Assembly (NCBI GenBank): GCA_963837165.1
Contig: CAWIMD010000002.1
Coordinates: 1,543,029 to 1,607,028 of the forward strand
DNA from: Vicinamibacteria bacterium
Lineage (GTDB): Bacteria > Acidobacteriota > Vicinamibacteria > Vicinamibacterales > JAENWD01
Direction: 5' to 3'
DNA length: 64,000 nt
Below are positions 23,232 through 32,269 of the stretch, piece by piece. Positions within the stretch are counted from its first letter, which is position 1. The number at the start of each line of letters is the position of its first letter. The translations under genes were made by a program, and so were the position numbers. The notes beneath the pieces were generated by a model. That model saw only the letters and a program-made list of their open reading frames with translations. It had not been told where the DNA came from and ran no database searches.

Positions 23232-24884
23232 ATGCAAGTCATCCGTCCCCGCAAGGTCTATCCGGTGGTGGTCGTCGGCAGCGGTGCCTCGGGCGGCATG
23301 GCGGCCTGGAATCTCACGCGGCAGGGCATCGACGTCCTGCTGCTCGATGCCGGGACGAAGTTCGATCGCAGCACGTACTGGACGCACGTCCGGCCGTGGG
23401 AAGCCAGGGAGCGGCGGGCGCGGGGCGAGGAGCCGCCGCGGTTCTTCGTGGACACGACGAAGGACGGCGCGTACCTGACGCCCGCGGGGAAGCCCTTCGA
23501 GCTGATTCGCGTCTGGGGGCACGGCGGGAAGACGAACGTGTGGGGCCGGGTCAGCCTGCGGTACGCGGACCTCGACTTCAAGGGCCCGGGCAGGGACGGC
23601 TGGGAGATCCCCTGGCCCATCGAGTACAAGGACGTCTCCCCCTACTACGACAAAGTCGATCAGCTGATCGGCGTCTACGGCGGCGACGACGACTCGGACT
23701 CGCTGCCCGGCAGCAAGTACTTCATGCCGCCGCCCCGGCCGCGGTGCGCCGAGTTCCTGTTGAAGAAGGCGTGCGCGACGCTCGACCTGCCGGTCGTCGC
23801 CGGCCGCCGGGCGAACCGGACGCGGCCGCTCCATGGGTTCCCGGCCTGCCACTACTGCGGCAACTGCGGCGCCGGCTGCGACACGGCCTCGTTCTTCTGC
23901 TCGGCCGATCACCTGCTGCCGGACGCGCTGAAGACCGGCCGCCTCGAGATCCGATCGAACGCGTTCGTCGGCCGCGTGCTCGTGGACGAGAACGGGCTCG
24001 CCAAGGGCGTGCAGTACTTCGACCGCGTCACGGGCGAGGAGCACCAGGTCCGCGCCAAGGTGGTGGTCATGGGCGCCTCGGCGGTGGACACCACGCGCAT
24101 CCTCCTGAACTCGACATCGGACACGCACCCGAACGGCATCGGCAACGGGTCGGACGTGATCGGCCGCTACCTCTGCGAGCAGATTCGCGTCCACGTGGCC
24201 GGCTTCATGCCCACGCTGTACGGCAACGCGCTGCAGCACGACTACGGCGCGGGCGGCTCGCACATCTACATGCCGCGATTCAGCCACCGGCGGCCGAACC
24301 TGCCCTACCTGCGCGGCTTCGGCATGCAGTTCTGGAACACCGGGTCCCTGCCAGCCAACCTGCCGACGCTGGCGAAGTCGGTGGACGGCTTCGGCGCGGG
24401 ACTCAAGCACGAGGTCAAGCGCCGCTACCCGGCCTGGGTGGAGCTGCACCCGTTCGGCGAGACCCTGCCCTACGCGCACAACCGGATCACCGTGGACACC
24501 GCCCGTACGGATCGCTACGGCCTGCCGATGCTGAAGATCGACTACGCGATCGGCGACAACGAGCGCACGATGGCGTCGCACATCTACGACACGCTCGAGG
24601 AGATCGGCAAGGCCGCGGGCATCGAGTGGGTGCACTTCCAGCGTGGCGAGCTCGACAGCAACGGATCGGCGATCCACGAGCACGGCTGCTGCCGCATGGG
24701 CGAGGACCCGAAGCGCTCGGCCCTGAACCGGTTCAACCAGATGCACGAGGTGAAGAACCTGTTCGTGGTGGACGGATCGGCGTTCACGAGCGCGAGCGAG
24801 AAGAACCCGACGCTGACGATCCTGGCGCTCTCGTGGCGCGCGAGCGACTACCTGGCGGGCGAGATCAAGCGCGGCAACCTCTGA
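23232..24884 (+). CDS. GMC-family FAD-dependent oxidoreductase
   Basis: [32 protein letters not shown] is a GxGxxG FAD fold. The C-terminal region [37 protein letters not shown] matches the GMC C-terminal motif. Confidence 0.85.
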   Translation: MQVIRPRKVYPVVVVGSGASGGMAAWNLTRQGIDVLLLDAGTKFDRSTYWTHVRPWEARERRARGEEPPRFFVDTTKDGAYLTPAGKPFELIRVWGHGGKTNVWGRVSLRYADLDFKGPGRDGWEIPWPIEYKDVSPYYDKVDQLIGVYGGDDDSDSLPGSKYFMPPPRPRCAEFLLKKACATLDLPVVAGRRANRTRPLHGFPACHYCGNCGAGCDTASFFCSADHLLPDALKTGRLEIRSNAFVGRVLVDENGLAKGVQYFDRVTGEEHQVRAKVVVMGASAVDTTRILLNSTSDTHPNGIGNGSDVIGRYLCEQIRVHVAGFMPTLYGNALQHDYGAGGSHIYMPRFSHRRPNLPYLRGFGMQFWNTGSLPANLPTLAKSVDGFGAGLKHEVKRRYPAWVELHPFGETLPYAHNRITVDTARTDRYGLPMLKIDYAIGDNERTMASHIYDTLEEIGKAAGIEWVHFQRGELDSNGSAIHEHGCCRMGEDPKRSALNRFNQMHEVKNLFVVDGSAFTSASEKNPTLTILALSWRASDYLAGEIKRGNL

Positions 24885-24888
24885 CGAC

Positions 24889-24999
24889 GCTGGCAGGCCT
24901 GAAGGCCTGCACTCACATCGTGCCCGCGCCACACTGGGCCTGCGCTACATGCGTGCGCCGTGCGCCAGCAGGCCTGAAGGCCTGCGCTACATGCGTGCG
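24889..24999. repeat. REP-like element pair: two GCAGGCCTGAAGGCCTGC hairpins (24893-24910, 24968-24985) plus a duplicated 19-mer CCTGCGCTACATGCGTGCG
   Basis: Each hairpin has a perfect 7-bp stem and 4-nt loop. The pair lies between convergent GMC oxidoreductase and terC-family genes. It probably also acts as a terminator. Confidence 0.85.
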
Positions 25000-25751
25000 G
25001 ACCGGGTGGACTCGGCCTCCACGTACCGGTGCCTCAGGTGCACCGGCGCCGCGCGGGAGCGCAGGCGCAGGTTCAGCATCTCCACGAACACCGAGAATCC
25101 CATCGCGAAGTAGATGTAGCCCTTCGAGATGTGCTGGTGCAGGCCGTCGGCGACGAGCGTGACGCCGATGAGGAGCAGGAAGCTCAGCGCCAGCATCTTC
25201 AGCGTCGGGTGCCGCTCGACGAACTCGCCAATCGCGCCCGCGAAGGCGAGCATCACGCCCACCGCGATCACGACGGCGGCAATCATCACCGCGAGGTCGT
25301 TCGCCATCCCGACCGCCGTGATCACCGAGTCGAGCGAGAACACGAGGTCGAGGACGAGGATCTGGGCGATGACGCCGCCGAACGACGGCGGCACCCGCAC
25401 CGAGGCATGGCCTTCGTCGCCCTCCAGCCGATCGTGGATCTCCCAGGTGGCCTTCGCGAGCAGGAACAGGCCGCCCAACAGCAGGATCAGATCGCGCCCC
25501 GACAGCGCCACGCCCGCCGCTTCCACGAGCGGCGTGGTGAGGCGGGCGATCCAGGCGAGCGATGCCAGCAGCGCAATCCGCATCAGCATCGCCAGCACGA
25601 GCCCGACCTGACGCGCCCGCGCCCGCCGGCCCGCCGGCAGCTTCCCCGCCACGATCGAGATGAAGATGACGTTGTCGATGCCGAGGACGATCTCGAGGAC
25701 CGTCAGCGTGACGAGCGCAATCCAGGTCTCGGGGGAGAAGGCGAGGGGCAC
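24987..25751 (-). CDS. TerC-family integral membrane protein
   Basis: GTG start. WIALVTLTVLEIVLGIDNVIFISIV and LDLVFSLDSVITAVGM are the duplicated TerC motifs. Confidence 0.85.
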   Translation of the reverse strand: MPLAFSPETWIALVTLTVLEIVLGIDNVIFISIVAGKLPAGRRARARQVGLVLAMLMRIALLASLAWIARLTTPLVEAAGVALSGRDLILLLGGLFLLAKATWEIHDRLEGDEGHASVRVPPSFGGVIAQILVLDLVFSLDSVITAVGMANDLAVMIAAVVIAVGVMLAFAGAIGEFVERHPTLKMLALSFLLLIGVTLVADGLHQHISKGYIYFAMGFSVFVEMLNLRLRSRAAPVHLRHRYVEAESTRSARM

Positions 25752-26777
25752 TCAGTCACCGTCGATCAGGTTGCCGAGGCCGCCGACCACGTCGAGCACC
25801 GAGCCCTCGCCCTTGCGGCTGCCGCCGGTCTGCGGCGCGGCCTTGTAAATCCGGTCGGCGAGGCGGCTGAGGGGCAGCGACTGCAGCCACACCTTGCCGG
25901 GGCCGCGCAGCGTGGCGAAGAACAGGCCTTCGCCGCCGAAGAACGCGGTCTTCACCTTGCCGACGAACTCGATGTCGTAGCTCACCGTCGGCTGGAGCGC
26001 GACGAGGCAGCCGGTGTCCACACGGAGCGTCTCGCCCGGGGCGAGCTCGAGCGGGTGCACCATGCCGCCGGCGTGTGCGAAGCAGATCCCGTCGCCCTGC
26101 AGACGCTGCATGATGAAGCCCTCGCCGCCGAACAGGCCGACGCCGATCTTCTTCTGGAAGGCAATCCCGATCGACACGCCCTTGGCGGCGCAGAGGAACG
26201 AGTCCTTCTGGCAGATCAGCTCGCCGCCGAGGCCCGCCAGGTCCATGGTGAGGATCCGGCCGGCGTACGGCGCCGCGAACGCCACGCGGTGCTTGCCGCG
26301 GCCGTTGTTCGTGAAGACGGTCATGAACAGGCTCTCTCCGGTCAGCACGCGGCGCCCGGCGCTCAGCAGCGCGTTCATCAGCCCGCCGCCCGACCGGGTC
26401 GAGCCGTCGCCGAAGATCGTCTCCATCGCGATCCCGTCGGTCATGTACATCATCGCGCCGGCTTCGGCCACGGTGCTCTCGCCCGGATCGAGCTCGACCT
26501 CGACGAACTGCATGTCCTCGCCGTAGATGTGGAAGTCGATCTCGTGGGCCTCGCGGCGCGCCGCGCCAATGGGCGGCGGCGCGGCCGGCTGGCCGCCCTT
26601 CAGGTGCGGGGCCAGCTGCGGCACCGCGGAGATCGGCGTCCAGTTCGTCATGCCCGCCGTGAACACCAGCGTGTTGCCGTCGGCCGTGCCGTTCTCGATG
26701 CCGGCGAGGACGTCCTCCTCGGACATCGGACCCACCTGCTGGCCGCCAACGGCCATGAACCACTGTGCGGGTGCCAT
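25752..26777 (-). CDS. GYF_2-domain plus TIGR00266/AIM24-family protein
   Basis: Start at ATG 26777 within ORF 25752..26888 ([31 protein letters not shown]...[13 protein letters not shown], a GYF-like domain). An AIM24/DUF124 body follows ([19 protein letters not shown]...[13 protein letters not shown]...VWLQSLP). Confidence 0.75.
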   Translation of the reverse strand: MAPAQWFMAVGGQQVGPMSEEDVLAGIENGTADGNTLVFTAGMTNWTPISAVPQLAPHLKGGQPAAPPPIGAARREAHEIDFHIYGEDMQFVEVELDPGESTVAEAGAMMYMTDGIAMETIFGDGSTRSGGGLMNALLSAGRRVLTGESLFMTVFTNNGRGKHRVAFAAPYAGRILTMDLAGLGGELICQKDSFLCAAKGVSIGIAFQKKIGVGLFGGEGFIMQRLQGDGICFAHAGGMVHPLELAPGETLRVDTGCLVALQPTVSYDIEFVGKVKTAFFGGEGLFFATLRGPGKVWLQSLPLSRLADRIYKAAPQTGGSRKGEGSVLDVVGGLGNLIDGD

Positions 26778-27556
26778 CAGTGCTGCGCTCCTTCCCCGGC
26801 GGCGGCAATGCGCGCGGCCGCCTGCTGTTCGAGTCCTTCCACGGTGGCCTCGTCCAGGCCCAGATGACCGGCCAGGCCCGTCAGCCACACCCGCTCCGCA
26901 TCGGTCACGCTCTCGTCGGCCCGCACGATCGCGAACGCCAGCGTGTACAGGTCGTGCTTCTGCTGGGGATCGGCGGCGCCGGCCACCACTTCCGCGAGCG
27001 GACGCGGGGCGTCGAGCTCCGAGGCAATCACGGCCTCGGCGCCCACCTCGCGCGCGCGGGAGAGGATGGCCTCGCGCTCGTTCGGCGACAGCAGGCCGTC
27101 CGCGCGGGCGGCGGCCAGCGTCAGCCGCAGCACCTGCACGACGTGCGGCGGGACGGGCGGCACCTGGGGCCCGGCGGTCGCGGGCGGAGAGACGGCTCCG
27201 GGCAGCGGCGGCGGTACCACCAGGCCGGCGGCCGCGGACGGCAGCGGCGGCGGAACGCTTCGTCCGGGCAGGGGTGGAGGGGGGACCGGCCCCGACGAGA
27301 CCGTCGGCGGGCTGCTGGTCCGGTTGACCGTCTCCAGCACCCCCCAGGCCACGCCGGCGAGCGTCAACAGCGTGCTCGCGTTCAGGAACGACGATCGGCC
27401 GCCGCCGGCCAGGTACCTGAGCGCACCGCGGCTCCGCTTCCTGCGTCCGCCCAGGACCCCACGCAGCACGGATCCGACGAGCCCTTCGACATCCAGGTCG
27501 TTCACGACACCCTCACCGTGGCTGCGCGCGCCGTCCCGGCGCGGCATTCCAAGCAT
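26777..27556 (-). CDS. TerB-like / DUF533-family protein with Pro-rich linker
   Basis: ORF 26777..27982, truncated to ATG 27556 (or 27547) because the upstream part is antisense to apaG. The C-terminus is [17 protein letters not shown]...[34 protein letters not shown]. Its stop overlaps the next start (TGATG at 26775-26779). Confidence 0.7.
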   Translation of the reverse strand: MLGMPRRDGARSHGEGVVNDLDVEGLVGSVLRGVLGGRRKRSRGALRYLAGGGRSSFLNASTLLTLAGVAWGVLETVNRTSSPPTVSSGPVPPPPLPGRSVPPPLPSAAAGLVVPPPLPGAVSPPATAGPQVPPVPPHVVQVLRLTLAAARADGLLSPNEREAILSRAREVGAEAVIASELDAPRPLAEVVAGAADPQQKHDLYTLAFAIVRADESVTDAERVWLTGLAGHLGLDEATVEGLEQQAAARIAAAGEGAQH

Positions 27557-27587
27557 AACGCACCGGCCGCCCACCGGGCCGGCGTGG

Positions 27588-27593
27588 CATAAT
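27588..27593 (+). promoter_or_regulatory. -10-like CATAAT 8 nt upstream of the apaG ATG
   Basis: GGCATAATCGTTCCGAATG. Confidence 0.35.
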
Positions 27594-27601
27594 CGTTCCG
27601 A

Positions 27602-27985
27602 ATGAGTGATACGACGACACGGGGTATCAGGGTTCAGGTGGAGAGCCGCTACCTCGCCGACCAGAGTGCGCCACGCGACAGCCGTTACCTGTTCGCGTAC
27701 CACATCCGGATCTCGAACGAAGGCGAGGCGCGGGCCCAGCTGGTCTCGCGGCACTGGGTGATCAGCGACGCCGACGGCCACGTCGAGCAGGTCCAGGGCC
27801 CGGGCGTGGTGGGCGAGCAGCCGGTGCTCGACCCGGGGGACGTCTTCGAATACACGAGCTTCTGTCCGCTCAAGACCGCGGTCGGCGCCATGCAGGGCAG
27901 CTACCAGATGGTGACCTCCGGGGGCGAGGAGTTCGACGCGCGGATCGCGCCCTTCACGCTCGCCACCCCCAACGCCATCCATTGA
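27602..27985 (+). CDS. apaG: ApaG (DUF525) protein
   Basis: 127 aa. GIRVQVESRYLADQSAPRDSRYLFAYHIRISNEG...RHWVISDADGHVEQVQGPGVVGEQPVL is the classic ApaG pattern. Confidence 0.9.
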   Translation: MSDTTTRGIRVQVESRYLADQSAPRDSRYLFAYHIRISNEGEARAQLVSRHWVISDADGHVEQVQGPGVVGEQPVLDPGDVFEYTSFCPLKTAVGAMQGSYQMVTSGGEEFDARIAPFTLATPNAIH

Positions 27986-27997
27986 TACGCGAGCGCA

Positions 27998-28426
27998 TCA
28001 GGCGCCGGCCGCGATGATCCCGAGCTGCCGGAACAGTCCCAGGAAGTCGTAGCAGTTCCAGCCCTCCGCCAGCCGTCCGTCCGCGACCCGGATCATCGTC
28101 ATGCCGTGAATCGAGAACGCCCTGCCGGTGGGCGGCATGCCCAGGCCGCCGCCGGTGTGCGTGCCCGTCACGCGGCAGAACGCCGCCACCCGGTCGCCCT
28201 CTGTCACCGTCTGCTCCACGGTGACGTGGATGTCGGGAAACGACTGCCGGAACGCATGAAAGAACGGCTTGAACGTGTCCTGGCCCGTCACCTCGCGGCC
28301 GTCCGCGCCCTGGAGGCCGTGAATGACCGTGTCCCGGGTCGTCAATTCGTCGATCGCGTGCTCGTGTCCCTGGTTCCAGACGCGCTCGAACCAGTCGTGG
28401 ATGAGGGCATCGGGTGTCGGTGCCAT
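27998..28426 (-). CDS. SnoaL-like ester cyclase family protein
   Basis: 142 aa. It contains WFERVWNQGH...FKPFFHAFRQSFPDIHVTVEQTVTEGDRVA... Confidence 0.7.
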   Translation of the reverse strand: MAPTPDALIHDWFERVWNQGHEHAIDELTTRDTVIHGLQGADGREVTGQDTFKPFFHAFRQSFPDIHVTVEQTVTEGDRVAAFCRVTGTHTGGGLGMPPTGRAFSIHGMTMIRVADGRLAEGWNCYDFLGLFRQLGIIAAGA

Positions 28427-28444
28427 GGTGTGCCTCCCGCGCCG

Positions 28445-28480
28445 CGAATGCTATCCCAACTCGGGGTCCCCGACTCAATC
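28445..28480. repeat. Degenerate family C relic
   Basis: The 13-mer CCCCGACTCAATC at 28468-28480 is identical to 21867-21879. The UbiD stop is the GAT TGA of this unit. Confidence 0.5.
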
Positions 28481-30271
28481 CAGGTGCGCGCGGCTCGAGT
28501 CTCCCATCTCCACGCCGGCCGGGAAGTACTCCCGCCACCGGCGCGTGACGGTGCCGGCCACGTCGGGCGCGCAGAACAGCTCGGCCGGGAAGCCGGGCTT
28601 GAGCCGCGCGTCGACGAGCACCGGCGGCGTGTAGCTCACGTGGTGGCGGACGACGCCGGTCGCGGCCGCATGGATGTCGCGGGCCGGCTCGAATCGCGTG
28701 AAGGTGGTCCAGAGAAAGTTGACGGTGCTCCGCGCGGCGCGCTCCGGCTCGTCGGTGAGGACCAGCAGCGGCCATCCCGCGAACGCCGGATGCGACGCAA
28801 GCCGAGCGCCCGCCCCAGGCTCCTCCGCGTACCCGGGACCGCCGATCACCAGGCAGCCGGGGCAGAAGACGCGCACCTCCGTGACGTCGCGCGGCGGCGG
28901 TTCGCGCGGCTCGAACGCCGTCGGCAGCGTGCGCACGGGATCTCCGAGACCGAGCCACACCCCCTTCGAGCCCTTGTTCACCTCCGGACCGGTGTAATCG
29001 AGCGTGTCCATCGACAGGTTCGAGAACACGTAGAGATCCGTCTCGGGGTGCGTGCGCGCGAGCACGTGCGCGAGGGTGGCGCGGAAATCCTTCAGATCGA
29101 CCGGCTGGTCGGTGGCGAGCAGGAACTTCGTCAGCGACAGCTGTCCCTCGCCGAGGATCCGGAACGCCGAGACCATGGCCTCCCGCGCATACCGGTCGCG
29201 GACGACGGCGCCCGCGAGGGAGTGATAGCCGGTCTCGCCATACGACCAGAGCGCGCGCACGCCGGGCATCACGAGCGGGAAGAGGGGCGAGAGCAGCGCC
29301 TGGAGCAGGTCGCCGATGAAGCAGTCCTCCTGCCGCGGCTTGCCGACGACGGTCGCCGGGAAGATCGCATCACGGCGATGGGCGACCTGCCGGACGTGGA
29401 ACACCGGGTAGTCGTGGCGGAGCGAGTAGTAGCCGTAGTGATCGCCGAAGGGCCCCTCCGGCCGGCGCTCATGGGGCGCCACGCGTCCCAGCAGCGCGAA
29501 CTCCGCGCCCGCGGCCAGCGGATGCGGATGCCCGGGCGCCGTCGTCACACGCAGGCGCTCGCCGGCGATGAGCGAGGCCAGCATCAGCTCGGGCACGTTC
29601 TCGGGCAACGGTGCGACGGCGGCGAGCATCAGCGCCGGCGGGCCGCCGAGGAGCACCGACACCGGCAGCGCCTCGCCCCGGGCTTCGGCCGCGGCGTAGT
29701 GGAAGCCGCCCCCCTTGCCAATCTGCCAGTGCATCCCGGTCGTCTGGCCGTCATGGATCTGCAGCCGGTACATGCCGAGGTTGTGCCCCCTGCCGTCCGG
29801 GTGCTCGGTATAGACGAGCGGCAGCGTGACGAAGGGACCGCCGTCTCCGGGCCAGCAGGTCAGCGCCGGCAGGCGATCGAGGGCGGGCGCCTCGATCGTG
29901 TCGAGCACGGGGCCGTTGACGGCGCGCTTCAGGCCGATCCGGACCGCCGCGAGGCCGACGTCGCGAGCCGCCCAGAGCTTGGCCGGCGTGGGCGGCAGCA
30001 GGGTCTCCGCCAGGCCGACCAGCCGGTTGATCAGGGCGAGCGGCCGCGTGCCGAATGCCAGCTCCGCCCGGCGCGCGGTGCCGAACAGGTTCGTGACGAG
30101 CGGGAACGACTTGCCGACGACGTTCGTGAAGAGCAGCGCGGGGCCGCCGGCGGCAATCACGCGCCGATGGATCTCGGCGGCCTCCTGGTTGGCGTCAACC
30201 GGGACGTCCACGATCGCGAGGTCGCGATCCCTCTTCAGGCGATCGAGAAAGGCTCGGAGGTCGGGAAACAC
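28475..30271 (-). CDS. UbiD-family decarboxylase (long, menaquinone-biosynthesis-type)
   Basis: 598 aa. It begins MFPDLRAFLDRLKRDRDLAIVDVPVDANQEAAEIHRRVIAAGGPALLF and contains WPGDGGPFVTLPLVYTEHPD. The gene ends ...HLD-TGA (GAT TGA). Confidence 0.8.
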   Translation of the reverse strand: MFPDLRAFLDRLKRDRDLAIVDVPVDANQEAAEIHRRVIAAGGPALLFTNVVGKSFPLVTNLFGTARRAELAFGTRPLALINRLVGLAETLLPPTPAKLWAARDVGLAAVRIGLKRAVNGPVLDTIEAPALDRLPALTCWPGDGGPFVTLPLVYTEHPDGRGHNLGMYRLQIHDGQTTGMHWQIGKGGGFHYAAAEARGEALPVSVLLGGPPALMLAAVAPLPENVPELMLASLIAGERLRVTTAPGHPHPLAAGAEFALLGRVAPHERRPEGPFGDHYGYYSLRHDYPVFHVRQVAHRRDAIFPATVVGKPRQEDCFIGDLLQALLSPLFPLVMPGVRALWSYGETGYHSLAGAVVRDRYAREAMVSAFRILGEGQLSLTKFLLATDQPVDLKDFRATLAHVLARTHPETDLYVFSNLSMDTLDYTGPEVNKGSKGVWLGLGDPVRTLPTAFEPREPPPRDVTEVRVFCPGCLVIGGPGYAEEPGAGARLASHPAFAGWPLLVLTDEPERAARSTVNFLWTTFTRFEPARDIHAAATGVVRHHVSYTPPVLVDARLKPGFPAELFCAPDVAGTVTRRWREYFPAGVEMGDSSRAHLD

Positions 30272-30292
30272 GGTGCGACAGGTTGGGAACGG

Positions 30293-30760
<468 letters not shown>

Positions 30761-30818
30761 TCCCATCCTCCTATCCTCCCATTCTCCTATCCTCCCATCC
30801 TCCTATCCTCCCATCCCC
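30761..30818. repeat. Family A octamer array, TCCCATCC/TCCTATCC x7
   Basis: It fills the whole gap between the M64 peptidase stop (30819) and the EVE start (30760). Confidence 0.95.
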
Positions 30819-32231
30819 CTACTGCGTGAGCAGGTCGATCACCCGCGCGATCGCGTGCCGGCACACGGCACAGAACCCCACCTCGTCCCTGGTGAACATG
30901 ATGCAGTCCACCTGCGGGCGATAGTATCCGTGCGCCTCGTACCTCGCGCCCTCGAACGCAGCGACGGCGCCGGCGTAGCGGTTCGAGGCGAGCAGGCGGG
31001 TTTCCTCGGCCTGCTGCCGCCGGAAGAGCGCGTCCATCTCGGCCTCGGGACGATCGTTGGCGCGGATGGCATGCCGCTCGGCCTGAACGCCCTTCGCGTG
31101 CGCCTCGTAGGCGTCCTTGTTCCAGGGCGTGGGGATTGGCGTGCCGGGGGTGACCAGCGCCTGCCATTTCACGCGCGTCGGGTCCGTGAGGGCGGTGACG
31201 TTCGGCTCCCAGGGCTCGAGCCGGTCCGCAGCGGGCAGGTACGCGACGTCGGACGTGTAGTACTCGTCGGCGAGGCCGGCGACATGGTGCCCGAACTCGT
31301 GGACGAACACGTAGGGCGCCCACGAGCTGTCGGCCGCGACGGTGGCGTAGAGGCCGAAGATGCCGCCGCCGCCGTAGGTACCTGCGTTCGCGAGGATCTC
31401 GACCACGTCGTAGGGCGCGTAGGACGCCGCGTCGCGGAATGCCTTGTTGTCGAACGTGAGGACGTAGCGCTCGGAGCCGAACGCGTCGTAGGTGGCGCCG
31501 ATCGGCGAGCGATGGTGGATGCCGGTGGAGGGCCGCGAGATGCCCGACTCGGCGGCCGGCGGGCACAGCCCCCAGACGTTGAAGTCGGCCTTCCGCTCCC
31601 TGAACGGCGAGGTCGCGAACAGGATCTCGACGAGCCGCCTGGCGTCGGCGACGAACTTCGGCCGCTCGGCCGCGGTGTAGCCGTCGCCGAGGATCAGCAG
31701 GTCCACCTTGGAGGCCGGCGGGCCGTTCTCGAGCAGCCGGACGAGCTCGCCCGGGCTGGGCGGGGGCGCCGGGTCCACGGTGGGCGCGGACGGGTCGATC
31801 AGGGTGGACCAGACCTCGCGAAAGGCGTTGTGCGCGTCGCGTTTCTTGACCACGACCTGCACCGGGCCCGGCGGCTCGGGGAACCGGAGCGACTCGCTGA
31901 AGGTGCGGCTGGCACTGGTGGCCTCGCCCGTGGTCTCCCACTCACCGAAAATCGAGGAGAAGCCGCGCGAGTACACCACGCGGTTGGTGCCGCGGTCGAT
32001 GACCTCGACGTAATACTTGCCGAGATTGGTGTCGTCGATCGGCTTCCGGGGGTTGCCCGGCCACGGCGTCGGCTCCACGACCACGCGATCCACGGCGAAG
32101 GTCTCGGACGAGGCCGTCCCGGTGTGGTAGTAGTCGAGCCGCAGCGTGCGCACCGGATCCGGAGCCGCAGCCGCCGGGGCGAACGCCACCAGCAACGTCA
32201 TCCACGTGCCGACAATCCGTGGGAGTGTCAT
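30819..32231 (-). CDS. M64-family (IgA-peptidase-like) secreted metallopeptidase
   Basis: It has a signal peptide and the zinc site VFVHEFGHHVAGLADEYY. 470 aa. Confidence 0.8.
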   Translation of the reverse strand: MTLPRIVGTWMTLLVAFAPAAAAPDPVRTLRLDYYHTGTASSETFAVDRVVVEPTPWPGNPRKPIDDTNLGKYYVEVIDRGTNRVVYSRGFSSIFGEWETTGEATSASRTFSESLRFPEPPGPVQVVVKKRDAHNAFREVWSTLIDPSAPTVDPAPPPSPGELVRLLENGPPASKVDLLILGDGYTAAERPKFVADARRLVEILFATSPFRERKADFNVWGLCPPAAESGISRPSTGIHHRSPIGATYDAFGSERYVLTFDNKAFRDAASYAPYDVVEILANAGTYGGGGIFGLYATVAADSSWAPYVFVHEFGHHVAGLADEYYTSDVAYLPAADRLEPWEPNVTALTDPTRVKWQALVTPGTPIPTPWNKDAYEAHAKGVQAERHAIRANDRPEAEMDALFRRQQAEETRLLASNRYAGAVAAFEGARYEAHGYYRPQVDCIMFTRDEVGFCAVCRHAIARVIDLLTQ

Positions 32232-32234
32232 TCA

Positions 32235-32269
32235 ACTGCCTACTGCCTGCTGCCTACTGCCTACTGCCT
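32235..32269. repeat. Family F heptamer array, ACTGCCT x5 (minus strand reads AGGCAGT)
   Basis: The minus strand reads TGA-(AGGCAGY)x5-TGA-ATG. The array fills the gap between the ettA stop and the M64 peptidase start. Confidence 0.95.

Noticed and set aside
27557-27982. Upstream extension of the TerB-like ORF 26777..27982
   Set aside because: The extension is antisense to the unmistakable apaG gene (27602..27985). I truncated it to ATG 27556.
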